A DNA stretch of 64,000 bases from Octopus vulgaris. Taxonomy: Eukaryota. The stretch covers positions 10,726,001-10,790,000 of the forward strand of contig OX597821.1 in the NCBI GenBank assembly GCA_951406725.2, read 5' to 3'. Shown here piece by piece: positions 13,805 to 28,880 of the stretch; within the stretch, counting starts at the first letter, position 1; each line of letters starts with the position of its first letter. The translations under genes were made by a program, and so were the position numbers. Under the pieces are notes generated by a model. The model was not told where the DNA came from. It did no database searches and worked only from the letters and a program-made list of their open reading frames with translations.

Positions 13805-16800
13805 AGGCAAAGCCGAACTCAGCGGAATTTGGACTCAGAACCTAAAGACGGGGAAAATGCCACAACGTATTTTGCACGATGTGCTAACGTTTCTCCCAAC
13901 TCACCCTTTTTTAAAATACCAAGGTCATTTACAATGAGAGAAACACTACTCGCTTTAAGATGCCACATCTTCTGTATTTCAATTTCTAGGTCCATCTATG
14001 TACTTAATTTGTAGGCATAATATTAAAACATACCATCAAAATAGATCGTCCAAGAGAATAGAGCAGTGAAAAGTTACAATTCAATATTTAGATCAGGTCA
14101 ATATGCTAATACAATAACTGTTCCAGTGACCTATATAAGATCATTTAGTTGGAATTTACAAACAAACCAAAGGACGAAGATATGTGTAAAAACAACAAAC
14201 ATGTGTAATAGTTTAATGCTCGGGAAGATAAGAAAGTATTTTACGTTTCGAGCCTACGCTCTTCAACGGATCATTTTGTTGGTCAATTGTTCTCTTTCAA
14301 AAAAGACACTAATATTGCATAACCCCATATGGCTGTCTTTAAAATGGAAAGAGTATTGGTTAACATAATGTGAGACAAACATGCTAGATAATTATTCCCA
14401 ACTGGAATATATTTGATCGTACCAATAATCTGTCAGATCACCCGTGGGATTATACAACAAAAATAACAATAGTATTAGGCGCAGTCACAAAAATAACACC
14501 CGAAATAAGAAATCTTTTAGTATTTATATCATAACTGATATGCTAGAAACTATAGGAACAAACAGACTAAAATAACACCTCAACATCTAAGAATCGTGCA
14601 TTCCCAATGCAATAGTAGATATGGATATATCCGACATAAGGTCTGGCTGGAAAATTTTCTATAGTGGCTGCACTATGTGTGGGCTGAAGTGAATCTAGAC
14701 AACCACAATGACAGTAGAAAGAAAGATGAGAATGCATTATTTTAGTATATTTGTCCTAACATTAGCTACGTCAAATTCATATTATACGTACTATCATTTT
14801 TTTTCGTCTAGTCGAACGTAATCAACACAGAGCAAATATCAATTATTGATTTTCTATTTCAACTAATTCTATTAAAATGGAATTAACTTGTTGAGAATGT
14901 TGCAGTCAGTTTCATTACAGATGATAATTTTGAATATCAGGTTTATTAGAATGTTAAACACATTTAGTGATGGTAGCGTAACAACTGTTTCAAACAAAAA
15001 AAATAGATTGCCTAAAAATGAAGTATTTTAAAAAACATTGCCCAGTGATTAATTGAATTATAAAATTTATATTTTTTCTGTATTTCAATGTTTCTCTTGT
15101 GTTCATATTACAATTATGAATTAAATTATAACTGTAATTAAATAGTTTATAATAAAATATTTGCGTGGCTGTGGGCACATGAGTTTCTTTGGGCAAGGTA
15201 CTTCATTATATTACAAAGTTTTTTGTTACTATTTTTGAATCTTAACTAAGATGATGTAATGAAAAATATCTGCATGTAGTAGCTCAAACCGCTAGATCTG
15301 GTGATCTAGTCTCACCTAAATATCGCTTACCAACTTAATAGAAAGGAACAAGTAAACGAACGAAATACTGCAATCTGTGGTCACAACTTAATTCTGGCTT
15401 ATTCCTTCAAAGATGAGGGTATATATTTTAATGCCTTTCGGATGCTGTTTCTATCAGTTGGATTCCTACATTGAGTCTACCATATAAGCTAGGCATTTCC
15501 TTAATCAGATCGATTATATACATGATCAAATAGATCAGCGATCATCTGTAGTGGCTGACAAGGAGTTTCCTTGGAAAATTCCCATCCCGATTTTTTCTTG
15601 TCCAATTCCCCTCCACCAGCTGTCATAACTGTCTCTCCGTTCTTCATGCTGCTTCTGATTAAATATATCATATTATCATTGAGTTGTCTCGGGTTCGCTT
15701 TTATTCCTGGTAGAATTTAACTGGTCAACGGGTTACTACATGTAACTTAAGTTATAAACAAGATTTCTATCATCTTTCAACTACTTAACGTCATGGTAAT
15801 CTTTCCTGTTCCTAAGAGACAAACGTTTTTGCAGAGGCTTGATTCGAGTTGCTATAACAAAGCTCTCTTTTTTCTTTTTCAAAATTGCCCTTCTCAAATC
15901 GAATCCAGGATTTTCTTCCACATACAACCTCAGTGAGTTTCCAAACTGTTCAAATGCTATCCTTGGCCTTCATCCTTGTTATTCTCTCCTTTTCAACAGT
16001 TGATATCGACTGTACATTATTCACTCGTTCTTAACAGCATCACTATATGCATCATCATGGTCGTCGTCATCGTCATCATCATCATCTTCACCACCACCAC
16101 CACTACCACCCCACCACCACAACCCTACCACCAGCACTACTACCACCAGCACCACCACCACCATCGGCAGCAGTAGCATCATCGTTATTTTCTTGTTTTT
16201 TAACATTTAATCTGTATGTTTGTTATAAATGGCTCGCCTCGAAAAACCCACCGTCCTGGTTCGCCTGAAGGATAAGAGATGTTACAGTTTGACTGAAAGC
16301 TTGAGGATGGGAAGTGTCAGGCGCAGTAACAAAAAATCTAGTACAACACAGACATCTAAATGCATTTTTCTAAGAGTGTGGTCAGTAACTATCAGCACAA
16401 TCTTTTGAATTTCTCTGTGACATGGTTCACCCGCGATATTATCTAGATGCTTCTGGTAACCCTTTTTTAACATACCCAGGGCACTTACAATCAGAGAAAC
16501 ACTACTCGCTTTAAGAAGCCACATGTTTTGCATTTCACTTTCTAGGCCCTTATACTCTTTTACTTGTTTCAGTCATTTGACTGCGGCCATGCTGGAGCAC
16601 CGCCTTTAGTCGAGCAAATCGACCCCAGGACTTATTCTTTGTAAGCCAAGTACTTATTCTATCGGTCTGTTTTGCCGAACCGCTAAGTGACGGGGACATA
16701 AACACACCAGTATCGGTTGTCAAGCAATGCTAGGGAGACAAACACAGACACACAAACACACATACACACATATATATATATATACATATATACGACGGGC

Positions 16801-17474
16801 TTCTTTCAGTTTCCGTCTACCAAATCCACTCACAAGGCAATGGTCGGTCCGGGGCTATAGCAGAAGACACTTGCCCAAGATGCCACGCAGTGGGACTGAA
16901 CCCGGAACCATGTGGTTGGTTAGCAAGCTACTTACCACACAGCCACTCCTGCTGAATTTGTCAAATTACCTTACATAAATATTTTTATCAGTGCGAATAC
17001 TTACATTTTTTTTTATTCTACAAGTATTTTCTTCCCGTCTCTAATAATAATGTCTGGTCGATTAGCCTCGATCGTTCTGTCCCTGTTGACTGGAAAATCT
17101 CAGAGGATAGTGACATTAGTGCTTTCAACGGTTGGCTCGGATTGATAATCATACCAGTAAGTAGAAGTGCCAATTCTGTTGCCTTTGCATATTTTCAATG
17201 TAGATACTGCCCTACACAATCGTGGCGACTTTTGGATTTGTGTGGTCTCACCTTAGAACTTCCTGAGACGAGATGGGCGATCGTTTGCGTTTAGTGCCAG
17301 AATAGTTTTGAAGAAGGTTAAACTGGTATCCTTTTGTAAACAAACTTGATCTTGTGCTACCAATACGAAACCTTCAGTCGCTAGATTCAGTCCTGAACTT
17401 TTTAGCCACTGATAGGTTGTTGCATGGTCTACACCGGCATTTCGACTTCGAACTATATACTGTCAATGCAGAAG

Positions 17475-17555
<81 letters not shown>

Positions 17556-17583
17556 ATCGTTGTTGTTGTTGTTATCGTTGTTG

Positions 17584-17620
<37 letters not shown>

Positions 17621-20600
17621 CATTATTATCATTTTTGTTGTTATTATTATCATTTGTTTGATATTTGCTTTGCATTTGTACAAGTTCACTCCAATAAAAA
17701 AGAGGTGTGCTTTTTACCTGAAGTCATTCACGTCCATCTTTGTGTCAGTTTGAATGGTGAAATTCCAGAGTAGTGAGATGTTATCATCTTCAAGCAGTAG
17801 AGGTGGTTCTTGTTCCCACCAGTTTTTGCAAATTAACAAGTGAATATATTGTGCCGCTCTACCATGCTTGGAGAGATACTCTGTAGGCGCAACAAGACTG
17901 AACATGAAGACAGCATGATGAATGGTTTCATTTTGTTGTTTACATACACGACATATTGGGCTACTGCTCTTCTTTCATATGCCGGCCTGTTAGTCCCTTT
18001 CTGGGTGGGAATTGATCTTGGGCTGCTATGATAAACCCTTCTGTTTCTGATTTTAAACAAAAAGACACTGACCAATGATGGGTAAGTGCTTTTCAGCATC
18101 GACATTATTAGCACTCTTTGGGTATTTTTCATTAGATGTTATTCTTGCCATTTATCAGTAAGAATATATAAGGCAGGAGTTTTACCACGGTTTTCATACG
18201 CTTATCTTTTTCTGTGTTTGTTCCCGGTATGTCTAATACTGGCATTTTTTGTATCTAGAATTCACTTAGATATTCTTTTGCCTGTGTTGTTACTGATTAT
18301 GATGAATTCTTGTTTTCATTCTTGATATCCAGTCATCAGAGTATTTCAGGAAATGTGGAGGCCAATTGTGGCAATCTTCATTGCTAATTCCAGTACTAAA
18401 TGTCCACGGACACCCTCTTTTCTTGACAGGTATAGACGTTCTATATTTGCCTTAGGGCAGTTCATTCTAGGCATTGTAAACGATTTTTGTAGTTTTCTGT
18501 CAATATTAGACATACATTTCAGTAATTGACCAATGTCATTGAAACAGTTAGTCACGACCGCTATGGCTAAATTATTGATAGCTTCGATCCTGTTTCTGTC
18601 TTGGATTTTGCCCTTACCCTGCCATAACATTCTCTTCTGATGCGTTCCTTCATCACTGAATGTTCGATTCATCACCTTCAAATACCTCTTGGTATTTGTA
18701 GCTCTCTGCTGGTTCTAACACCTTTATGACATACTACTGGCCAAGATTAGCTTTGAATGTCTCTCTCATTTTCCCTTTGATAAATGTACGTCTAGCACAT
18801 CTATCGCGGCCAAATTGTATTCTGATGGCATCACTGAATTGTTAAATAATTGCTGGTAAGCCCTGTAATTGTTGGTCAATATTTACACAGAGCTTTAAAT
18901 CATTTATATAAAAAAGATGATTTATATTTTTATCAAATATTTTATAGCCTTATTGTACACCATCTAGCATATTCGTTAGAGATATTAAGGCAACGGCAAG
19001 ACAGATGAGGAGCATTGATAGATTCATTGTCACTGTTCAAATTTATTTTCTTTTTTATAGTATATCCAGATTATCGACAAGTTTTGTGTCGTTGGAGACA
19101 TTCTTTCAAGATCATCTCATTGATGAGTAGCTGATCGTTACAACCATAGGACCCAAGTTTACATCAACTTTCCTCATTAGAAAATTTGCCATTTTTATAA
19201 AACAAACTATAGATATATTCAGTCAAGGCAGATGTTAGCATTTTATATATTTTGTTAAGAAGATTTTGGGGCTATAATTTTTTGGTTCATTTGTTTCTTC
19301 ATTTTTTCCAACTAGGAACGTCACACCATTGCCTAACCAAGAGGGGATCATACTAGGTTGTTGCAAAACATTGTTGTAGAGCATTATTAGCAGTTCATGA
19401 ATCTCTAGGATGGCATTCTACAAGAAGTTAGGAATTTTATCCTTTACTGGAGACTTCCTTTTGCTTGAATTCCTGAGAGCAGATCTTACATCCTGTACCT
19501 TGATAACCTCCCACTTTTTCTCTTTCAGGAATCAGTAGATATTCTATCAATCCAAGGGGCCTTTTTATTAATTATTTTTCCTTCTGCCCAAATTCTATTC
19601 CCAAATTCTTGGACCTTTTTTGATGGGATAGGCTTTACTGTAACTAGTATCTTCCCTATCTTCTTATAAAAATTATTTTGGCTAGATTTGAACATGTGTT
19701 TGGAGAATCTAAAGCGAATTTCATACAGTGCTACACGAGCACTTTTAGCACATACCTTTTGCTTATTAGTTTCTATGAAGGCATCGATGTCAAGTACGCT
19801 TTTCATAAAATTTTTGATAGCCTTTTCAAACTTAAGGTATTTCAAACATTCTATGTCAGACCTAAATAGCTGAATTGAGAATTGTCAATTGTCAATTAGG
19901 CTTTGGTCAAGGAGGCTTTTTGAGGGAATTTTGTCGCTTTCTTATTTTTTCACCACATAGAATCATTGAGATATCAACATCATTATCTGAAATTTTACTA
20001 ATTACTTTCAGCCTTCGGTTGGCTTTGTGAATTTTTGGGGGAGTGTCACGTTCATTCATACTAGTTTCTTTAATATTCAGCCATTCAATCATAATTTGAT
20101 TTTTTTTAGATCATCTAGTTTAGTTGGGTCAATTTCTGTGTGACTTTCTTCATCTATTTGGTTTTCATCTCCTTTTGTATTTATGTTTGGTTCAGAGAGT
20201 ATTTCACTTATGAATTACATTAACTATTTCTATCATTACTGCATTTTCATCAGACCTGGGATGGTCTGTAATTATTTCCTCTGTGGTATCTTCTTTAGGT
20301 GCAACTTCGTCCCTGTATCAATCACTGATTATTTAATTTGATCATCGCTAATTCAGTTAGTAATTTCTTTTTCATATTTCTTCTGACGTTAGCAAGTTTG
20401 TTACTGTCTATGTACTATCTTATTTCAAGGTGCTTCAGGCTCTAGTTGAGTTGGGTTTGTTCAGTATTGGATATATCTTGGGGGGAAATATATGACATGA
20501 GAGAAGGCCTTAAAAACTTCTTTATTATCTCGCCTAAAACAGTTTTCATTTGGTTATTTGATGATGAGCGTGGATAAAAATCTGTTGGAATATTTCGGTT

Positions 20601-20677
20601 GTGTGGTACATCCAGCCCCTGTGTTTCGGGAAGATTTGAAACAGTAGCTAAGCCCAGTAACGAACCCAGTCTCGTTC

Positions 20678-20714
<37 letters not shown>

Positions 20715-20811
20715 CATTATTATTATTATTATCATCATCATCATCATCATCATCATTATCATAGCCATTTCTTAAGAGGAATTATTTGTAGTTTGGATCA
20801 TTTATATTTAA
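13805..20811 (+). repeat. Copy 2 of ~7 kb direct duplication (contains duplicates of the RLE LINEs and SINE)
   Basis: Starts at the first base after the gap and matches 6667-13704. Confidence 0.95.
16554..16952 (-). mobile_element. SINE family A (duplicate of 9435-9836)
   Basis: Near-identical sequence and context. Confidence 0.9.
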
Positions 20812-21011
20812 AAACATAGATGTTTCATTCAACATCCTTTTTCAGGGGGCTTGTGAGTGGGACGGGCAACTCGACCTTCAAAAAATATTGACTAGGTCAT
20901 GTGCTGTTCATCTTCATGTGAGATCACCATGTCGCGCACATATGGTTGTGATGCATGTACCTGGCATACCGTTATCTCATCAGACAGGTAGTCATGATGG
21001 TTATATTGGGC
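20759..21011 (+). mobile_element. Non-coding interspersed repeat fragment (family X)
   Basis: catagccat...ggaattatttgtagtttg...gagtgggacggg...atcaccatgtcgcgca matches the reverse complement of 32955-33460. Confidence 0.6.
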
Positions 21012-22485
21012 TAAGAGGAAAACTAGTTAAGAGTAGCAACATAACACTAGATAAAACCAATGAAATAAGTGAAATAGACCAAAGCCAAACTTACAAATAT
21101 TTAGGAATCCATGAACTAGATAAGACACAACACACACAAATGAAAGAGAAAATAAAGAAAGAATACTATAGACGAGTTAGATCAATACTAAAATCAAGGT
21201 TCAATGCTAAAAACAAGATAATAGGTATTAACACTTTAGACGTCCCAGTTATAAGTTACAGCTACAATATCCTTAACTGGACACTAAATGAACTAACCAA
21301 AATGCATAGGAAAACAAGAAAAATATTGACAGGATCTAGGATGCATCACCCAAAATCTAATATAGAAAGGCTATATATACAACGTATAGAAGGTGGTAGA
21401 GGCCTTACACAGCTGGAAACCTATTATAAAAAAACCACCATAGGACTGCAAAAATACGTACTTCAGAAGCAAGAAAAACTGATACAAATAACGATAAAAC
21501 ACGAGCAAAACAAAAAAAAGTTCTCAGTATTTAAGGAAGCTGACAAATAGAAACAAATCATATCACCTAACAAATATGAAGGAGAAGAAGAAGAAGAAGA
21601 CGAAGAAGAAGAAGAAGAAGAAGAAGAAGAAGAAGAAGAAGAAGAAGAAGAAGAAGAAGAAGAAGAAGAAGAAGAAGAAGAAGAAGAAGAAGAAACAAAA
21701 GCTATAACACAAATGAAATCCAAACTAAAACTAGAACAGCAACGGACCATGATAAAACGATGGCAAGAAAAGCCCTTTCATGGTAAATACTGGACTAAAC
21801 TAAACGCAAAAGAAATAGACAAAGAAAAATCCCAGCAATGGCTGAGAAGCTCAGGACTCAAAACAGAGACAGAAGGATTTTTAATTGCAGCACAAGACCA
21901 AATCCTCCCCACCAGAAATTACCTTCATACACTGGAATTTATGCCAACATTGTGGAATAACAACAAAAAGAAGATAGTATAGGGACACACCAGAAACGGT
22001 CACAGAAAACGAAAAAGCAACTATGCTCTGGGATATGCCAATACACACAAGCTAGAAAAATTAAGGAGAACAGGCCAGATATAGTTGTCAGAGATCATGA
22101 AGGGGAAAAATTCTTTCTAATTGATGTATCTATACCGGCAGATGACAACGTGTCTCTAAAAGAAAAGGAGAAACTTTCAAAATACAAAGACCTGGAAATA
22201 GAGGTATCTCGAATGTGGAATCGAAAAACAGAAAAAAATCCTATTATAGTAGGTACATTAGGCACGATAAAAGATATTCAGACAAATACATAACAAAAAC
22301 ACCAGGACTTACAAACACATATAACATACAGAAAATTGCACTACTAGGCACTGCACACATCCTACGCAGAACACTTGCAATACAGTAACTATCAGAGCGT
22401 CACAACAAATCACAGCACATACCCAAGGCACACAGAGCTGCGCTCGGTAGTCAAGTGAAAGCACGCTATAAAAATAAAACTACTG
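21012..22485 (+). mobile_element. 5'-truncated R4/Dong-like RLE LINE (subfamily B)
   Basis: QTYKYLGIHE, HHPKSNIERLYIQRIEGGRGL, poly-[42 protein letters not shown]; 3'UTR ends aaaactactg followed by (AAT)n. Confidence 0.92.
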
Positions 22486-22546
22486 AATAATAATAATAAT
22501 AATAATAAATAATAATAATAACAACAACAACAACAGCAACAACAGC

Positions 22547-22607
<61 letters not shown>

Positions 22608-22880
22608 GCTCAGTTACTATGAAACACCAACATGGCAGAAAGTCAAAAGTTAGTATTCATGGGAACTGCTCATGTCTTACACAAAATACTTTCTTTGTAA
22701 TCTCAAGTTTTAAAACAAGTATAATTTTCTTATGGCTTCTTAAACATTCTCCAGAACAACACTATATACAAAAACAAATATATGGCACCCTAGGCATAAC
22801 ACCAACATGAACTTTCAATTCGTTGTCTCTTGAGTTTTCTGGGTGAGACTTGGAGCCAACTTGCACAAATGTAAACATAT
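22608..22880 (+). mobile_element. 3' end of another RLE LINE subfamily between (AAT)n tracts
   Basis: QKLVFMGTAHVLHKILS* then 3'UTR ending gccaacttgcacaaatgtaaaca, same terminus type as 10536-10570. Confidence 0.75.
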
Positions 22881-22881
22881 A

Positions 22882-22961
<80 letters not shown>

Positions 22962-22962
<1 letters not shown>

Positions 22963-23550
22963 TGTGGAAAGTGGATGTGAGAGCCTTTCAGAAAAGGATA
23001 CAAACGGCACCAGAATAAAATGTATGCGTATCTTCATTGGATTTCATGCCGAAAATACCAATATAAAGTAACGGAGTACCGGTATGAGCATCCACCAAGC
23101 ACAGTTATGCAGGAAGATGGAAAAGTAATGATAATCTGAGCCTATGATTTACAGATTGGTCGTGTAATCGAACACCATCGGCTGGATATTATCATATTGA
23201 GTGAGAGATACAAATACTGTCAGATCATTCATTTAGCCATACCAAATGACATGAATGTTGTGAGTAAAGAGTTTGAAAAAATCACAAATCATTTCGAATT
23301 AAAAGTTGAGATGGCAAGAATGTATGGAAAGTGAGAGGGCAATGTAAAAGTGATACCAGTGGTGATTGGAGTGCTGGGTTCAATCCCATTGAAACGTCAA
23401 GACTTCTTAAGGTAACTGCAAATCCCATGCATGCTTGATGTCTTGCAATAAGCAGCGTTATTCGGTACAGCCCACATCTTTAAGGGAAGTATTATCAATC
23501 AGAGGTCCTGGTCCTTGACACATGAGTAAGGATTCTGGAGCATTTTTACC
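22962..23550 (+). mobile_element. RLE-domain fragment of a third LINE subfamily
   Basis: YLHWISCRKY, IEHHRLDIII, HLAIPND, VKVIPVVIGVLGSIP, AALFGTAHILKG; begins right after (AAT)n. Confidence 0.8.
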
Positions 23551-23773
23551 AAGCACAGGAGTGGCTGTGTGGTAAGTAGGTTGCTTACCAGCCACACAGT
23601 TCCGAGTTCATTCCCACTGCGTGGTACCTTTCGTATGTGTCTTTTACTATAGCTTCGGGTTGACCAAAATCTTGTGAGAAGATTTGGTAGACAGAAACTG
23701 AAAGAAGCCTGTAGTATATATATACATGTGTGTGTGTGTGTGTATATAATTACTTGCCCCTTTTTATGTATAT

Positions 23774-23833
<60 letters not shown>

Positions 23834-24075
23834 ATGTGTGTGTGTGTGTGCGTGTTTGTGTTTGTCCATCCAACATCGCTTGACAACCGATGGTGGTGTT
23901 TACGTCCCCGTAACTTAGCGGTCCTTCAAAAGAACCGATAGAAAAAGTAGTAGGCTTACTACTAGGCTTACAGACAATAAGTCCTGATGTCGATTTGCTC
24001 GACAAAAGGCCGTGCTCCAGCATGGCCGTATTCAACTGACTGAAAATGTTAAAGAGTAAAGTGTAAACAGAGAGT
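23551..24075 (+). mobile_element. SINE family A with expanded internal microsatellite
   Basis: caggagtggctgtgtggtaagtag...gttccgagttcattccc head; ctccagcatggccg...aaagagt tail. Confidence 0.88.
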
Positions 24076-24094
24076 ACACTGTGTTACGAAGGAA

Positions 24095-25780
<1,686 letters not shown>

Positions 25781-25808
25781 GTGATTATTTTCCTTCATCA
25801 TCATCATC

Positions 25809-25861
<53 letters not shown>

Positions 25862-25887
25862 TATCATTATAATTATTATTATTATTA

Positions 25888-25934
<47 letters not shown>

Positions 25935-25937
<3 letters not shown>

Positions 25938-26572
25938 TAGTTTTATTTTTATAGTGTGCTTTCACTCCGCTACCGAGCGCAGCTCTGTGTGCCTTGGGTA
26001 TGTGCTGTGATTTGTTGTGATGCTCTGATGGTTATTGTATAGAAAGTGCAATTTTCTGTATGTTTTATGTGTTTGTAAGTCCTGGTGTTTTTGTTATGTA
26101 TTTGTCTGAATATTTTTTTATCATGCCTAATGCACCTACTATGATAGGAATTGTTTCTGTTTTCAGGTCCACATTCTAGTTACCTCTATTTCCAGGTCTT
26201 TGTATTTTGAGAGTTTCTCCATTTCTTTTAGAGACACGTTGTCATCTGCCGGTACTGATACATCAATTAGAAAGCATTTTTTTCTTCATGATCTCTGACA
26301 ACTATATCTGGTATGTTGGCCTTAATTTCTCTATCTGTGTGTATCGGCATATCCCAGAGTATGGTTGCTTTCTCGTTTTCTGTGACCTTTTCTGGTGTGT
26401 GCCTATACCATCTTTTTTCTGTTGTTATTCCATAATGTTGGCATAGCTTCTAGTGTATGTAGGTTCCAACTCTGTCATGTCTGTGAATATATTCCTTCTT
26501 AACCAGGACTGGGCAGCCAGAGATAATATGATTTATTGTTTCTTTTCCATCACATATTCTGCAGTTACTTGT
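25935..26572 (-). mobile_element. Short 5'-truncated RLE LINE (subfamily B)
   Basis: CRICDGKETINHIISGCPVLVKKEYIHRHDRVG (CCHC finger); same 3'UTR; preceded by (ATT)n. Confidence 0.9.
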
Positions 26573-26579
26573 TATTATA

Positions 26580-26690
26580 TAAGGCTGCGAGCTGTCAGAA
26601 TCAATAGCACACCGGGCAACATATTTAGCGGCATTACGTCTGCTTTTAAATTCTGAGTTAAAATTCCACCGGAGTCGATTTTGCATTTGT
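26580..26690 (+). mobile_element. SINE family C head
   Basis: aaggctgcgagctgtcagaatcaatagcacaccggg...ttctgagttaaaattccaccggagtcgattttgc. Confidence 0.6.
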
Positions 26691-26751
26691 GTCTGAAAGG
26701 TTTACTTTCAATTTTTTTTTTAGTTTTGGCAGTAACAGCAGCAGCAGTAGT

Positions 26752-26805
<54 letters not shown>

Positions 26806-27009
26806 ATAATAATAATAATAATAATACTACTACTAATACTACTACTACTACCACTACCATTATCACCACCACCATCACCACTCCTCCTCCTACTCCTACT
26901 CCCCTACTACTACTACTACTACTTATTTTATCATTACGCTAGTACATACCACATTGTTTAGCAGTCTCATTATGCGGATTCATGATGTTTGGAGACACGT
27001 TTACTCATT

Positions 27010-28880
27010 ATTCGAATTCTTTTGGAATATAAGATGGTGGTTTCCTACTTGTCGACAATACGAGTTTCAATTCCGACTACTTTCAGTCTTTTAGGTAGCG
27101 TTTCAGATTTTGTTCCAAGTACACCAATTAACACAGGAATAGTTTTTGTTTTGGTCTTCAAATAGTCTCCTCAGCTTTCTGGGTAAGAGTACATATTTTT
27201 CATTTTTTTTTTATTTCCTTCCTATCGACTCGGCTGTCATAGAGACTTGCACAATCTCTGATGTTACGCTAGTTGTTTATTTTGTTCTCATATATGCTCA
27301 TATTACTTCAATCGTAAGGTCAGCCTTAATGAGGAAATGCCACGAGATTGTAATCCTCATTTTCCATCAGTCTTAGGTTCGTGTTTATACGACTTGTCAT
27401 TGTCTTCAAGCCACTCACTCGGGTAACATCCCAATACACTCATCTACACAGTTATGTCTTCACTGATAGTCCTGCTCTGGTAGTATACTGCTATCACTCC
27501 AATCATGATTGTTACTTTTGTATATTTTCCTGCACATTGTACGTTAACTATCTGAGATATTTGCTTTTATGGTATTCATTGTTCTTGAGCAGCTAAAAAT
27601 TGAGTTTCTCTCTCATTTGAAGTTCTCGACCTTTAACCAGAGCCAGTGATCCTTACTTTCTGACAATATCGGTTTGTCGTTTGAATTACTCATGTAATTC
27701 CATATCATTCCATCTGTTAGGTTTCTTGTTATATACTGTGTCGTCGTTGAATACTATTTCGGTCCACTTTGGGATTATCTCGGGTTACAAACTGAACCCT
27801 TCCTTTAGTCTGCACAACATAATGTTTAAGACTCATTGTCTCAATATTAACAATGTGTTCAACGTTAATTAATTCTCTGACACTTTCCTTTCTTCGTAGG
27901 TATAATAGGTCTAAGTAGCTTTCAATTTCCTTTATTCAAGTCCTGTACCTCGGACTTTATACAGTTCACAAAGGGAGCAGAATATTTCAATATGGCCATA
28001 ACCCATGTATTTATGGCTTAAATTTTGTTTGAAAGGCATTCCTAATTCCACTCTTGTACTCTTTATAATCGTTCATTTCCCTTAGATGTTTGTGCCGCTC
28101 ATCATTCCTCAGCGTTTTAATGATTTTGTCATCGAAGTTTACCTTGTGGTCTCTCTCCATAATTCGTACTGCGCACGTATTTACCCCAAAAGTTTTCTAA
28201 TATCTTTACTGAATATTCTCACCATCTTTTGTATACAGCTTGAGGTGATTTATCCTCAACATAGATTTGGTAAACGCATAGGCAAACCTGGACAAGTATA
28301 TTTGTCAGAGGGGTTAGCGCAATGACGAAAAATAATGGAGAGAATGAAGTTTTTCATTTGCCCATATCAATTCTATTTCCCTCAAACTCATTGCTTTCTC
28401 CAAAAAGTTGCTCATCTTTTCATTCACTCCGAGTGTTCTCAGAAACTCTAAGCTGCGTCATAATCCTTCGTGTAATCTATCCATTTAGTAGCTTATTCTT
28501 CTTCCTCGTAGTGCTTATTTAATATTCTACATTTTATATAGAGCAAATAAGAAGTTTTTCTGTATTTTTCCTAAATCGCTTTTGTTCGTCTGGCAATAGG
28601 TTATCCTTTTCCAAAACAATTATATCTTCATCTGCTATGAAGCCGGTCTATTGTTTCCAGAGTAACGGTAAGCAAGTAATAGGTCTGTAATTGCTGAATT
28701 TCCCTATCATTTCTGGTTCCTTCTCCATCAGTACTGTCGTTCCTTTTGCCATCCATGTTGGTTTTCTATTTTCTATGCAGCCAGTAATAAATGACTGTAT
28801 ATAGCTGTGTGTACTTGGGAGATACTTGAGTCACAAACTCTGGACACCATAAGGTTCGTGTGTTTTTCCACTTCGTTTTT
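27010..28880 (-). mobile_element. Old, heavily degraded R4/Dong-like RLE LINE
   Basis: Minus-strand remnants in order: SNYRPITCLPLLWKQ (RT), AINTWVMAILKYSA, YKHEPKT..ISWHFLI, KTIPVLIGVLGT (RLE). Confidence 0.78.
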
